The notes beneath the pieces are model-generated. The model did not search any database. It worked only from the letters and a program-made list of their open reading frames with translations, and had not been told where the DNA came from. A stretch of 64,000 nucleotides of DNA from the NCBI GenBank assembly GCA_017397805.1, contig JAFQHW010000041.1, positions 291 to 64,290 on the forward strand, given 5' to 3'. The position numbers were made by a program, and so were the translations under genes. The stretch's first letter is position 1. Every line of letters starts with the position of its first letter. Below are positions 19,194-29,515 of this stretch, piece after piece. This stretch comes from Clostridia bacterium (GTDB lineage: Bacteria > Bacillota > Clostridia > Oscillospirales > CAG-382).

Positions 19194-19915
19194 ATTATTT
19201 CCTCCTTAACGAGTACCGGACCTTCGCGGCATATACGCTTATTTCCGTAAAGAGTTTTGCAAGAGCACCCCATACACGCACCAAAGCCACATCCCATTCG
19301 TTCCTCAAAGCTAAACTGTCCGTCTGTGGAAGCGGCATTGTAAACCGCCTTTAGCATCGGTTCGGGACCACAAGTATAGATGTAGCTATAATCCAAGCCA
19401 TCCATCGCATTGGTCACAAAGCCTTTTATGCCAAAGCTTCCGTCAACGGTGGTGACTATCACCTTGCAACCAAGCTTTTCGAACTCGTCTTTATAAAATA
19501 TCTCTTTGTCATTGTTAAAACCCATTATAACCGTAGGCTTTTTACCCAATGCAACAAGCTTTCTGGCAAGCATATAAAGAGGCGGTACGCCAACCCCTCC
19601 GCCGATAAGCAACGGCTTATCACCGGATTTGGACAAATCGTATCCATTACCGAGACCCGTCAGAATATCAAGCTTGCCACTTTGCATTTTGCTCATTTGC
19701 TCAGTACCTACACCTACGACCTTGTATATTATGGTAAGTACGCCATTTTCGGCATCACAAACGGAAATAGGTCGTCTCAGATACAAACCGTCAAGCTGTA
19801 TGTTAACAAACTGTCCGGGGGCAGTTATGGAAGATATATCGCCCTCAAGTAGCATACGGTAAACGTCTTTTGTAAGAGATATATTTTCAACTATGGAAAA
19901 AACGCTTTGCTTCAT
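19181..19915 (-). CDS. pyrK: Dihydroorotate dehydrogenase B electron-transfer subunit (FAD/[2Fe-2S])
   Basis: 244 aa. RRPISV FAD motif and C-terminal cluster CGFGACMGCSC. Confidence 0.9.
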   Translation of the reverse strand: MKQSVFSIVENISLTKDVYRMLLEGDISSITAPGQFVNIQLDGLYLRRPISVCDAENGVLTIIYKVVGVGTEQMSKMQSGKLDILTGLGNGYDLSKSGDKPLLIGGGVGVPPLYMLARKLVALGKKPTVIMGFNNDKEIFYKDEFEKLGCKVIVTTVDGSFGIKGFVTNAMDGLDYSYIYTCGPEPMLKAVYNAASTDGQFSFEERMGCGFGACMGCSCKTLYGNKRICREGPVLVKEEIIWEK

Positions 19916-19925
19916 AAAAGCTCCT

Positions 19926-22900
19926 TTAAGAATCTATTGTGGATATACAAAGAGTGGTTTCTTCAAGTACGTCGAGGAGTACCTTAACCGTATCGAGAGC
20001 AGTAAATATGGTTACGTTGTTCTCAATAGCGGCACATCTAATTTCGTAGCCGTCACTGATTTGACCGCTGGAATTTAAATCGCGGGTATTAATTACGTAG
20101 GCTATATGACCTTGTCTTAAGGCATCGGGTATCTCGTTACTGCCATCGCCTATTTTGTTGAGCACGTGGGTACGAATGCCGTTGGCTTTCAAGAATTCAG
20201 CGGTACCCTTCGTTGCCTGAATATTAAAGCCCAAGTTATAGAATCTGCGGATAAGAGGAAGAGCCTCTTCTTTATCAGCATCGCAAATAGTGGCAAATAC
20301 GGTACCGTAATTTTGCAAATGCATACCGGATGCCTGAAGTGCTTTATAAAGCGCACGGTTGAGCTTATTATCATAGCCTATCGCTTCGCCCGTTGATTTC
20401 ATTTCGGGGGAAAGGTAGGCATCAAGACCTCTGATTTTATTGAACGAGAATACCGGCACTTTAACGTACCAACGCTGTTTTTCATCAGGATATATACCGA
20501 ATATCCCCTGCTCTTTCAAGCTCTTACCCATGATAACTTCCGTGGCAATATCAGCCAAATTGTAACCCGTTGCCTTGGAAAGGAAGGGTACGGTTCTGGA
20601 AGAACGGGGGTTAACCTCGATTATATATACGTTTTCTTCTTTATCAACTATAAACTGTATATTGTAAAGACCTACTATACCGATGCCTAATCCCAACTTC
20701 TTGGCATACTGTAAAATTATACCCTTAACCTTGTCGGAAATACTGAAGGTGGGATATACGCTTATAGAGTCACCGCTGTGAACGCCCGTACGCTCTACAA
20801 GCTCCATAATACCGGGAACGAACACGTCGTTACCGTCACAAATTGCATCAACCTCTACTTCTTTACCCTCCAGATACTTATCAACGAGCACGGGTTTGTC
20901 CTCGTCTATCTCAACGGCATTTTTAAGGTAATAACGCAGCTGTTCTTCGGTGCCTACTATCTGCATCGCTCTGCCGCCCAAAACGAAGCTGGGACGAACA
21001 AGAACGGGGTATCCGATTTCAGCCGCCGCGCTTATACCGTCTTCTATATTCGTAACTGCCCTGCCTTTAGGCTGAGGAATATTCAAGCTCTTCAAAATCT
21101 TTTCAAAGCTATCTCTGTTCTCGGCTCTTTCAATAGCGTCACAGTCCGTACCGATTATCTTAACACCTCTCTTCATAAGCGGCTCAGCCAAATTGATAGC
21201 TGTTTGGCCGCCCAAGGAAGCTATAACTCCTTCGGGCTTTTCAAACTCAATTATATTCATTACGTCCTCTGCCGTAAGAGGCTCAAAGTAAAGCTTGTCT
21301 GCCGTTGTGTAGTCGGTAGAAACGGTTTCGGGATTGTTGTTGATTATAATGGCTTCGTAGCCTGTATTTTTGATTGTGGTTACGGCGTGAACAGTAGAGT
21401 AGTCGAATTCAACGCCCTGACCTATTCTTATGGGACCTGCACCTAAAACGATAAGCTTCTTTTTATCCGTTAATCGGGAAGCATTTTCGCCCGTATAGGA
21501 AGAATAGAAATAAGGGATGTACGCATTGGTGTGACAAGTGTCAACCATTTTGAACACGGGGAATATATTATTGGACTTACGGTACTCCCACACCTTAATT
21601 TCATCCACACCCCAAAGCTTTGCAATGTATTTATCACTAAAGCCTATCTTCTTTGCGGCGGTGAATACGTCTAAATCGTAGGGTTTAGCCTTGAGCTCCT
21701 CTTCCGCGTCAACTATTCTCTTCATCGCTTCCAAGAAATAGGGTGTTATTTTGGTTATATCGGCAACCACGTCGATGCCTACACCTTTACGGAACAGCTC
21801 GGAAATTGCAAATATGTTATCGTCCTTGAACACTTCTATATACTTTTTAAGCTCTTCTTCCGTATAAGAATCAAACTTAGGAAGGTGGAAATGGGATGCA
21901 CCGATTTCCAAAGAGCGCACGGATTTGAGCAAGCACTCCTCAAGAGAAGAACCTATGCCCATAACCTCGCCCGTAGCCTTCATCTGCGTACCCAAAGCGT
22001 TGGAAGCGGAGGCGAACTTATCGAAGGGGAAACGAGGCAATTTGGCTACTACGTAGTCAAGCTTGGGTTCAAAAGCGGCAGTGGTATTGGCAACCGCTAT
22101 TTCCTCAAGGGACATACCTACGGCTATCTTTGCGGTTACTCTTGCTATAGGATAACCGCTTGCCTTAGATGCTAGTGCGGAAGAACGGGAAACTCTGGGG
22201 TTAACCTCTATCAAATAATACTCACTGCTATTGGGATTAAGCGCAAATTGAACGTTACAGCCACCTTCTATCTTAAGCTCTCTTATAAGCTTTATGGCGC
22301 TGTCGTTAAGCATCTTCAAATCGTGGTCGTTAAGAGTAAGTATGGGTGCTACTACTATAGAGTCGCCGGTATGCACGCCAACGGGGTCCAAATTTTCCAT
22401 ACCGCATATAGTAATCGCGTTATCCTTTGAGTCGCGCATTACCTCAAACTCTATTTCCTTAAAGCCCTTAACACTCTTTTCTATAAGAACTTGGTGTACG
22501 GGCGAAAGCTTGAACGCATTAAGACCTATATCCACAAGCTCTTTTTCATTATTGGCAAAACCACCACCGGTGCCGCCCAAAGTGAAAGCAGGGCGAAGAA
22601 CTACGGGATAACCGATTCTCTCAGCCGCCGCCTTTGCATCCTCAAGATCATAGGTGATTTCGGAAGGGATAGTAGGCTCGCCTATGGACTCGCAGAGTTC
22701 CTTAAACAACTCTCTGTCCTCTGCCCTTTCTATGCTGACACTGCTGGTACCCAAAAGCTCTACGTTACATTCTCTCAGAATGCCCTTCTTCTCAAGCTGA
22801 GTAGCTAAGTTAAGTCCGGTTTGACCGCCTATGCCGGGAAGGATGGCATCAGGTCTTTCGTATCTTAAGATCTTGGCGATATATTCAAGAGATAAAGGCT

Positions 22901-23099
22901 CCATATATACTTTATCAGCTATAGTGGTATCGGTCATTATCGTTGCAGGGTTAGAGTTGCAAAGTACAACCTCATAGCCTTCCTCTTTGAGAGCAAGACA
23001 AGCCTGTGTGCCGGCATAGTCAAACTCTGCCGCCTGACCGATAACTATAGGACCTGAGCCTATTATAAGTATTTTTTTAAGGTCTGTTCTTTTTGCCAT
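19926..23099 (-). CDS. carB: Carbamoyl-phosphate synthase large subunit
   Basis: 1057 aa. Duplicated ATP-grasp halves and N-terminal KKILIIGSGPIVIGQAAEFDY. No carA on either side. Confidence 0.97.
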   Translation of the reverse strand: MAKRTDLKKILIIGSGPIVIGQAAEFDYAGTQACLALKEEGYEVVLCNSNPATIMTDTTIADKVYMEPLSLEYIAKILRYERPDAILPGIGGQTGLNLATQLEKKGILRECNVELLGTSSVSIERAEDRELFKELCESIGEPTIPSEITYDLEDAKAAAERIGYPVVLRPAFTLGGTGGGFANNEKELVDIGLNAFKLSPVHQVLIEKSVKGFKEIEFEVMRDSKDNAITICGMENLDPVGVHTGDSIVVAPILTLNDHDLKMLNDSAIKLIRELKIEGGCNVQFALNPNSSEYYLIEVNPRVSRSSALASKASGYPIARVTAKIAVGMSLEEIAVANTTAAFEPKLDYVVAKLPRFPFDKFASASNALGTQMKATGEVMGIGSSLEECLLKSVRSLEIGASHFHLPKFDSYTEEELKKYIEVFKDDNIFAISELFRKGVGIDVVADITKITPYFLEAMKRIVDAEEELKAKPYDLDVFTAAKKIGFSDKYIAKLWGVDEIKVWEYRKSNNIFPVFKMVDTCHTNAYIPYFYSSYTGENASRLTDKKKLIVLGAGPIRIGQGVEFDYSTVHAVTTIKNTGYEAIIINNNPETVSTDYTTADKLYFEPLTAEDVMNIIEFEKPEGVIASLGGQTAINLAEPLMKRGVKIIGTDCDAIERAENRDSFEKILKSLNIPQPKGRAVTNIEDGISAAAEIGYPVLVRPSFVLGGRAMQIVGTEEQLRYYLKNAVEIDEDKPVLVDKYLEGKEVEVDAICDGNDVFVPGIMELVERTGVHSGDSISVYPTFSISDKVKGIILQYAKKLGLGIGIVGLYNIQFIVDKEENVYIIEVNPRSSRTVPFLSKATGYNLADIATEVIMGKSLKEQGIFGIYPDEKQRWYVKVPVFSFNKIRGLDAYLSPEMKSTGEAIGYDNKLNRALYKALQASGMHLQNYGTVFATICDADKEEALPLIRRFYNLGFNIQATKGTAEFLKANGIRTHVLNKIGDGSNEIPDALRQGHIAYVINTRDLNSSGQISDGYEIRCAAIENNVTIFTALDTVKVLLDVLEETTLCISTIDS

Positions 23100-23120
23100 A
23101 TATATACCTCCTAATCGGTA

Positions 23121-24320
23121 TTAGAAATTATAAACCGTATTGCCGTTATAAACGGTTGCTATGCATTTACCGTAAAGTTCCATCCCTTCAAACGGAGTAG
23201 CCTTACCCATAGACACAAACTCTTTTGGATCCACCTTGAAGCTATAGTCTAAATCCCAGACGGTACAATCGTTCCCCATAGGGATACCAAAACGCTTACG
23301 AGGATTGATCGCCATCAGCTCTATCAGCTTTTCAAGGCTTATTATCCCGGTTTTTACAAGCTTTGTGTACATAACGGGAAAAGCCGTTTCAAGTCCTACT
23401 ATACCAAACGCACTGCCCGAAAGCCCTTTGGATTTTTCCTCGGCAGAATGGGGGGCGTGGTCCGTAGCGATCATATCTATGGTACCGTCAATTATGCCTT
23501 CGATAAGCGCTTCCCTATCTTCCTTGGAGCGCAAGGGCGGATTCATTTTAAATCTACCGTCTTCTTGCAAATCGCCGTCATCCATCACTAAATAGTGGGG
23601 TGCCGTTTCACAGCTTATATTAATGCCGTTTTTCTTCGCTTCTCTTATCAACGAAACGCTTTCCTTTGTGGAAATATGGCAAACGTGGTAAGCACAACCC
23701 GTTTCACCCACCAACTTTATATCTCTCTCGATAGGCAGATATTCGCTGGCGCTGCATATTCCCTTATGCCCGTGAGCTATTGCATAATCACCGTCGTGTA
23801 TATAACCGCCCTTAAGCAAGGAATTCTCCTCGCAGTGAGCAACGATCATCATGCCCAGGGATTTAGCCTTTTCCATAGCTTCTTTCATTAAAGCCGAGGA
23901 TTGAACGCCTCTGCCATCGTCGGAGAAAGCGATTACTTCCTTTGCCATAGCATCCATATCACTTAAAGCCTCACCCTTTTCGCCAAGGGTTATCGAACCG
24001 TAAGGGATAGTTTTTATAACAGAATCTTCCTTAATTAAATCCAGCTGAAGCTTTAAATTCTCATAATTATCGGGGACGGGATTTAAATTGGGCATTGTAC
24101 ACACCGCGGTATAACCGCCCCTTGCAGCTGCCATTGATCCGCTTTTTATGGTTTCTTTATATGAAAAACCCGGCTGACGGAAATGCACATGCACATCACA
24201 AAAGCCGGGGAAAACGACATATTTATTATAGGGAGCAAAAGTAGCCCCGGCAGAAAGAGCCGAAAGGGCTGAAGAAGCATCAAATACTTTTTCGTTAATT
24301 GCTTCAGCGTGTAACTTCAT
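23121..24320 (-). CDS. pyrC: Dihydroorotase
   Basis: 399 aa. Metal ligand motif DVHVHFRQPG, ...ATDHAPH. First gene of the pyr cluster. Confidence 0.9.
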   Translation of the reverse strand: MKLHAEAINEKVFDASSALSALSAGATFAPYNKYVVFPGFCDVHVHFRQPGFSYKETIKSGSMAAARGGYTAVCTMPNLNPVPDNYENLKLQLDLIKEDSVIKTIPYGSITLGEKGEALSDMDAMAKEVIAFSDDGRGVQSSALMKEAMEKAKSLGMMIVAHCEENSLLKGGYIHDGDYAIAHGHKGICSASEYLPIERDIKLVGETGCAYHVCHISTKESVSLIREAKKNGINISCETAPHYLVMDDGDLQEDGRFKMNPPLRSKEDREALIEGIIDGTIDMIATDHAPHSAEEKSKGLSGSAFGIVGLETAFPVMYTKLVKTGIISLEKLIELMAINPRKRFGIPMGNDCTVWDLDYSFKVDPKEFVSMGKATPFEGMELYGKCIATVYNGNTVYNF

Positions 24321-24540
24321 AGCCCTACTCCTTCAAAAAATAAGCCTCACCTATATGCGGCAAGACCTTTAAAATACAAGCACATACAATGTGCAGTAAA
24401 TATAAACCTTACCAAAACACAGTGTCAAGCTTAATGTTATTTATCCTCAATATGTTATCACATAACGCTCATTCTGTCAACAACAAAAACATACAATTTT
24501 TTCTTAAAAAACAAATATATTTTACACACTACACCCATAT

Positions 24541-24576
24541 AAAACCAAGCTGCTATAGGCGCACCCATAGCAGCTC
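24541..24576 (-). terminator. Rho-independent terminator ending the 12.6-kb ABC/glycan operon
   Basis: Minus strand GCUGCUAUGGG-UGCG-CCUAUAGCAGC (11 bp, one G-U pair) followed by UUGGUUUU, 18 nt after the stop at 24594. Confidence 0.75.
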
Positions 24577-24593
24577 GATATTAAGCTATTGTA

Positions 24594-25628
24594 TTAGCCG
24601 GTTACACCGGTTCTTTCAATACCCTGAACAAGCTTCTTCTGTCCGAAGAGGAAGATTATTACGAGAGGTATCAAAATCAATATACCTACAGCGTTCTGAA
24701 TAGCCAACGCGTAGTCGTTTGCTATCTGAGCGTAATCATCGAACCAACGAGTGGCGGTAGCGGTCTTTTGAACCTCGTCCAAAATCTGGTTGAAGAAAAC
24801 GTAATCAGAGTTAGCGTAAAGCATCTTGGTATAAAACCTATCTGTCCACTGCCAAGAGAAGGAAAAGATGAAGATGGTTACCAACATAGGAATGGACATA
24901 GGAATTATTATCTTCCAGAAGGTACGCATAGTACCCGCACCGTCAACGTATGCTGCCTCTTCAAGCTCATCGGGAACGCCCTTGTAGAACTGACGCATCA
25001 TAAAGATGTACAAGCCGTTTCTATATCCGATAGCACCGAAAGAGAGTAGCGCCATGGGCCAGTGAGAAGCGAAGATGGAATCAGAACCGGGGTTAAGAAG
25101 GTTAAGACCGGTGGAGATGTTCCATATTCTGAAATCCTGGAAGAAGAATCTCATGGTGGACTGCATGGTCTTGTGAGGTATAACGAGAGTTATAATTACA
25201 CAAAGGAACAATATAGCCTTACCTTTGAAATTAAACTTGGAGAAGCCGTAGCCTACCAAAGCACAAGCAAGCATCTGAACAACACCGCAGAACAATGCAA
25301 CCATACCGGTATTGAGAGTTGCTTCCAAGAAAGACGTTTCGTTCAAAATCATCTTATAAGTAGCCAAAGTAGGATACTTGGGAACAAGCTTTACAGTTAC
25401 GTCAACAAAGTCTTCACCACTCATCAAGGAGGTAGAAATCTTTGAATAGTAAGGGAAAAGTATTACGTAAGAAATACCTATAAGTAAAGCATATCTGAAA
25501 AGTGCCCAGAAAAACTTCTTAGCTGCGAAAAGGGTAAGATATTTATATCTAAATCTCATCCAGCCGGACAAATTTTCATCAAGCTTAACGTTGTTTTTAG
25601 AAAAATTAGGTCTGTCAAAAGAATCCAT
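24594..25628 (-). CDS. Carbohydrate ABC transporter permease (MalG/LplC-like), second pair
   Basis: 344 aa, multi-TM, EAA loop ELEEAAYVDGAGTMRTFWKIIIPM. Confidence 0.85.
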   Translation of the reverse strand: MDSFDRPNFSKNNVKLDENLSGWMRFRYKYLTLFAAKKFFWALFRYALLIGISYVILFPYYSKISTSLMSGEDFVDVTVKLVPKYPTLATYKMILNETSFLEATLNTGMVALFCGVVQMLACALVGYGFSKFNFKGKAILFLCVIITLVIPHKTMQSTMRFFFQDFRIWNISTGLNLLNPGSDSIFASHWPMALLSFGAIGYRNGLYIFMMRQFYKGVPDELEEAAYVDGAGTMRTFWKIIIPMSIPMLVTIFIFSFSWQWTDRFYTKMLYANSDYVFFNQILDEVQKTATATRWFDDYAQIANDYALAIQNAVGILILIPLVIIFLFGQKKLVQGIERTGVTG

Positions 25629-25646
25629 TTATCTCTTCCCCCTTTC

Positions 25647-26627
25647 TTAATCTCTACGCTGATAGAATACATAAGCGGATATAATACCTGCAACTGCACC
25701 GATAATCAAGAGGATAACGATGAAGTACATCCAAGACATAGCCATCGCCAAAGAAAGATTGGTTGTACCTGCAGTCTCGTTAATCTCGGTTATGTATTTC
25801 ATAACGTTGTTAGACTCGGTTGTAAACGCATCTATGATCGTGTAGATAGCGTTAACGAGTATCATAGGGCTTATCATGGGGAAGGTTATCTTCCAGAAGG
25901 TTTCCCAAGAAGATGCACCCTCTATATAAGCTGACTCGTAAATTGCGGGAGAAATCGACTGCAAACCTGCAAGGAATATAAGGAGCTGAACGCCGGAACG
26001 GTTGATAATGCCGTAAACGTTATTAACAAGATCCGTAACGTATTCAACCAAGCCCTGACCAACAGCCATATTCGCAAAGAAGCGCTGTACGTCGATTTGG
26101 CTGATTATCTCAGACCCTGCAGCTGCAGCCTGATCGCCTTCAGGAGTACCTACTGCACCCATGCTCTCCGTCATGGAATTTGCGGCTATGTCAATATACT
26201 CAATGATACCGGTAGAAACTATAACAGGGATAAAGAATATCGCTCTGAAAACACCTCTGCCGCGCATCTTTTGGTTTAATATGATAGCCAAGAACAATGA
26301 GAAGATTACTATTGCGGGAATGTCAAGCAACAATTCCAAAAGGTTTGTGCCCAACTCTTGCAAGAATCTAACGTCCTCGCCTATAAACGCGCTAACGTAG
26401 TTATTAAACCCTACGAAATTGTATTGTACGGGCTGTACGGTAGCATCAATCTCGCTGAAGCTGATCTTCAATGATTCAATAATCATGGGAAGATAGATGA
26501 ACAAGAAACCAAGAAGGAACGGAAGCACGAATACGTAACCCATTCTCGCCCTTCTCTTTTCCAAGGACTTGGATTTACGACGCTTTGCGGGACAGGTTAA
26601 GGAAGCAACTGTAATTCTGTTTTTCAT
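25647..26627 (-). CDS. Carbohydrate ABC transporter permease (MalF/LplB-like), second pair
   Basis: ORF 25647..26651 trimmed to the ATG at 26627 (AGGAGA 4 nt upstream; avoids overlap with the upstream stop). EAA loop IYESAYIEGASSWETFWKITFPM. Confidence 0.85.
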   Translation of the reverse strand: MKNRITVASLTCPAKRRKSKSLEKRRARMGYVFVLPFLLGFLFIYLPMIIESLKISFSEIDATVQPVQYNFVGFNNYVSAFIGEDVRFLQELGTNLLELLLDIPAIVIFSLFLAIILNQKMRGRGVFRAIFFIPVIVSTGIIEYIDIAANSMTESMGAVGTPEGDQAAAAGSEIISQIDVQRFFANMAVGQGLVEYVTDLVNNVYGIINRSGVQLLIFLAGLQSISPAIYESAYIEGASSWETFWKITFPMISPMILVNAIYTIIDAFTTESNNVMKYITEINETAGTTNLSLAMAMSWMYFIVILLIIGAVAGIISAYVFYQRRD

Positions 26628-26643
26628 AATTCTCCTGCCTCCC

Positions 26644-29514
26644 TTACTCATTTGTTACAAGTGCGCCGTCTTTGAAAAGCAACACACCTGCAGCATCAAC
26701 CGTATAAGTACCTTTATCGTGGAATGTGAACTCGGAATCACCGTAGTTAACAACCACAGAATAACCGTTATCATAAGTTACTTTAGCAACCTTATAATAA
26801 TTATCAAGGAACTCATGCTTAACTATTTGGCTGTATCTAACGTTGCAAAGAACGTCGTTGATCTGATGATACGTGTTATAAATATCCTCAAGCCAAATGC
26901 TGTATCTTACAGAATAGTACACGGAATAAGTCTGATTGTTCTTCAAATCGGAAGTGTTCTGTACTGCTACTACGAAATAAGGAACAGCGCCGCTTTCGAT
27001 CGTTTTAAGAACGGAAGACTGATAATCGCCTGCCAAGTTCAAAGCATTGCCGGAGAACTCAACAGAACCGTGAAGCAACATGCTGTAGAAAGGAATCTCT
27101 GTAGAAGTGTGTCTGAGCAGAGAATCTTCAAGAGGAACGTCGAGAATTAAATCAGCGTACTTAACGGCGAATATATTACCACCGGAAAGAAGCACGTTCT
27201 CGTTCTGCTCGCTTATCTTCTTAAGAAGTCTGTCAAGAAGAACCTTAGAGTCTTCTCTGTTAAGAGAATCATCTTCGTTAAAGTCGGAATTCAAGTACTG
27301 ACCAAGGGTAGATACCGCTATGGAACCAACGTTATAATCCTTATATTCAGAATAGGTTTCGTCATAGAAATGCATCATTCTGTTGGTGGAAATAACGCCC
27401 TGAGTACTGTATTCATAACATTGGTAAACGGGGTTATAAACCTTTTTGTACGCTTTACGGTCATCGATGGTATGTGCCAAGTCCTCATCGGAATCAAATC
27501 CGTCAAACATACCGTCTACTCTTGAGAAAGTGAAATCGAAATCGGGATACAAGGAAACACCTTTTTCCTTACAATAAGCAACCAAGTCCTTAAAACCTTC
27601 CTCGCCACCGAGAACGTCTTCTACTTCAACACCGTTGGGAACGCTGTAGTCAAGACCGCCGTCCAACCAACCCTGAAGCTTGATAACTATATTGTCGATA
27701 GTATCGGAAACATCCTCACCCTGAAGTCTGTCAATGATGCCTGATTTAATATCGTCAAAGGTCGTAAGTGCTTGCATTGTAGAATAAGGAACACCAAGGA
27801 AGCTTTCGGTTATTTCTATAGCACCGAGGGTTTCGATAACAAGAGGAACGTCACCGTTTTCCTTGTCTTCAACAAGAGAAATCGTACCGTTATCCAACAA
27901 ATACTTACGCAAGGTGTTAGCCATTGCGGAGTAGCTTGTATCTTCTTCATCGAGAATAAACAATCTAACCTTGTAATTGCGGGTGTACTTACGTTTTGCC
28001 TCAACGGTCCACATGGTAGAACCGCTGGAAATACCGCCGGAAAGGATATATTGGTCCTTAGGACGGGGGTTAAACTTAGTATATGCCTGCAGATAAGGAT
28101 GTGCACTGGAAGCGCAGTTAACGGAAATATCCGCTAAGGATTCACCCTCTTCAACGTAGGCGATATAACCGGAAGCGATATCGCCCTTCTCTTCATCGGC
28201 AATAACCTCAGTCATACCGAATACGGGAAGTCTTGCTACCTCGTTGTTTGCGCCGGAGATGGTGGAGAAAGAATAGTCCGCACCGTAAGAGGTAGTTACA
28301 AGAGTAAAGGTCTTAGCCTTTGCATCTTGGAAATCGATTATCGCGCCGGAACCGTCGGGATAAAGCGCGAAACCTTCGTTGGTAGTATTACCTGCACCGC
28401 CGTAAGGAAGGAGGTATACGTCATCGAGCTGGAAGGAAGAAGAGTCAAATCGAATATTACCTGCGGAGCAACGAACTGCCATACCGTAATTATCGAAGGT
28501 GTATTCAACGGCGAGCTTAAAGGAAGCGGGTGCTTCTGTAGCTACCGTATAACCCGTTTCAGCATGGTCCTCATCCAACTGCTCATAGCTGTAATCGGTA
28601 TATTCGGTAATCCAACGTTCCAAATCCTCAAGAACTTTACCTTTACCTGTCTTATAGTCGAAAAGGTAACAAGTACCAAGGCTTTCAACAGCCTTAACTA
28701 TATAATCGGGCTGACCGTTTATATTTTCGGTTGTATAAGCCATGTACTTAGCTTCTGCTCTTTGAGAATAGAACTCATATTCACTGTCAGCGGGATAAGC
28801 AGTACGGAGACCGGCTTTTACTTGGTCCATTAAAGCAATGTACTTCTTTTCAGTTATAAAGAAAGGTACCAAATACTTTACTGCCTGTTCACCAACTGCA
28901 TATTCAACTCTCGCACCGTTCTTAATACCTGATACTTTAATCTGGTTAAAAAGTGCGGATTCTTCAAAGCTGTAATACTTATCGGCAACACCGTTATCGG
29001 TGTATTCAATAATAAGCTGTGAATAAAGCTGAGCTTTAATGGAAGTAGAAGCAGACGTACTGCCTATTCCGTAAGGGTTAGTGGACCACTTGCCGCAATA
29101 GTCATAAATATAAGCTTCGTTACCATCAAAATCAAGGATTTTTTTCTCGGCATAATCGGGATGGATATCCATCTCACCGTCACCGTTTCTGTCAACTAAC
29201 TTTAAGCATACGAGCTCGCCCGTGATATCATCAACATACAAGGCATAGCTATCAGCACCGTCGGCACCATCATACTTATAAATCAGCTTCATAGAAGGAA
29301 TATAGCCGTTGATAACATCTGCGGTAGGACCGTCGGCATAAATACGCTCTTCTATGCTTGTGAAAGGTGCGTTCATATAAGCGCCTTCCAATTTATCCCA
29401 TTTGTCTACCTCTTGCTCATCAGCAGCGGCAACGGAAAGCATTCCGCAAAAAGGGATACACAAAGCGAAAATCAACACAAAGGCAAGAGCTGCAAACAAT
29501 CTATTAAGTTTCAT
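26644..29514 (-). CDS. Large secreted protein of unknown function (possibly the family annotated DUF5696; glycan-processing role suspected)
   Basis: 956 aa. Signal peptide MKLNRLFAALAFVLIFALCIPFCGMLSVAAA. No catalytic motif recognised by eye. The ATG lies 1 nt after the upstream stop (TAAtATG). Confidence 0.7.
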   Translation of the reverse strand: MKLNRLFAALAFVLIFALCIPFCGMLSVAAADEQEVDKWDKLEGAYMNAPFTSIEERIYADGPTADVINGYIPSMKLIYKYDGADGADSYALYVDDITGELVCLKLVDRNGDGEMDIHPDYAEKKILDFDGNEAYIYDYCGKWSTNPYGIGSTSASTSIKAQLYSQLIIEYTDNGVADKYYSFEESALFNQIKVSGIKNGARVEYAVGEQAVKYLVPFFITEKKYIALMDQVKAGLRTAYPADSEYEFYSQRAEAKYMAYTTENINGQPDYIVKAVESLGTCYLFDYKTGKGKVLEDLERWITEYTDYSYEQLDEDHAETGYTVATEAPASFKLAVEYTFDNYGMAVRCSAGNIRFDSSSFQLDDVYLLPYGGAGNTTNEGFALYPDGSGAIIDFQDAKAKTFTLVTTSYGADYSFSTISGANNEVARLPVFGMTEVIADEEKGDIASGYIAYVEEGESLADISVNCASSAHPYLQAYTKFNPRPKDQYILSGGISSGSTMWTVEAKRKYTRNYKVRLFILDEEDTSYSAMANTLRKYLLDNGTISLVEDKENGDVPLVIETLGAIEITESFLGVPYSTMQALTTFDDIKSGIIDRLQGEDVSDTIDNIVIKLQGWLDGGLDYSVPNGVEVEDVLGGEEGFKDLVAYCKEKGVSLYPDFDFTFSRVDGMFDGFDSDEDLAHTIDDRKAYKKVYNPVYQCYEYSTQGVISTNRMMHFYDETYSEYKDYNVGSIAVSTLGQYLNSDFNEDDSLNREDSKVLLDRLLKKISEQNENVLLSGGNIFAVKYADLILDVPLEDSLLRHTSTEIPFYSMLLHGSVEFSGNALNLAGDYQSSVLKTIESGAVPYFVVAVQNTSDLKNNQTYSVYYSVRYSIWLEDIYNTYHQINDVLCNVRYSQIVKHEFLDNYYKVAKVTYDNGYSVVVNYGDSEFTFHDKGTYTVDAAGVLLFKDGALVTNE

Positions 29515-29515
29515 A

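Noticed and set aside
24321-24540. A PyrR-binding attenuator or other riboswitch in the ~220-nt region upstream of pyrC.
   Set aside because: - No UCCAGAGAGG-type PyrR loop is visible.
- No terminator/antiterminator pair is visible.
- Only two possible TTGACA-type promoters and a short GCACAT/ATGTGC hairpin are present, and no pyrR gene lies in the window.
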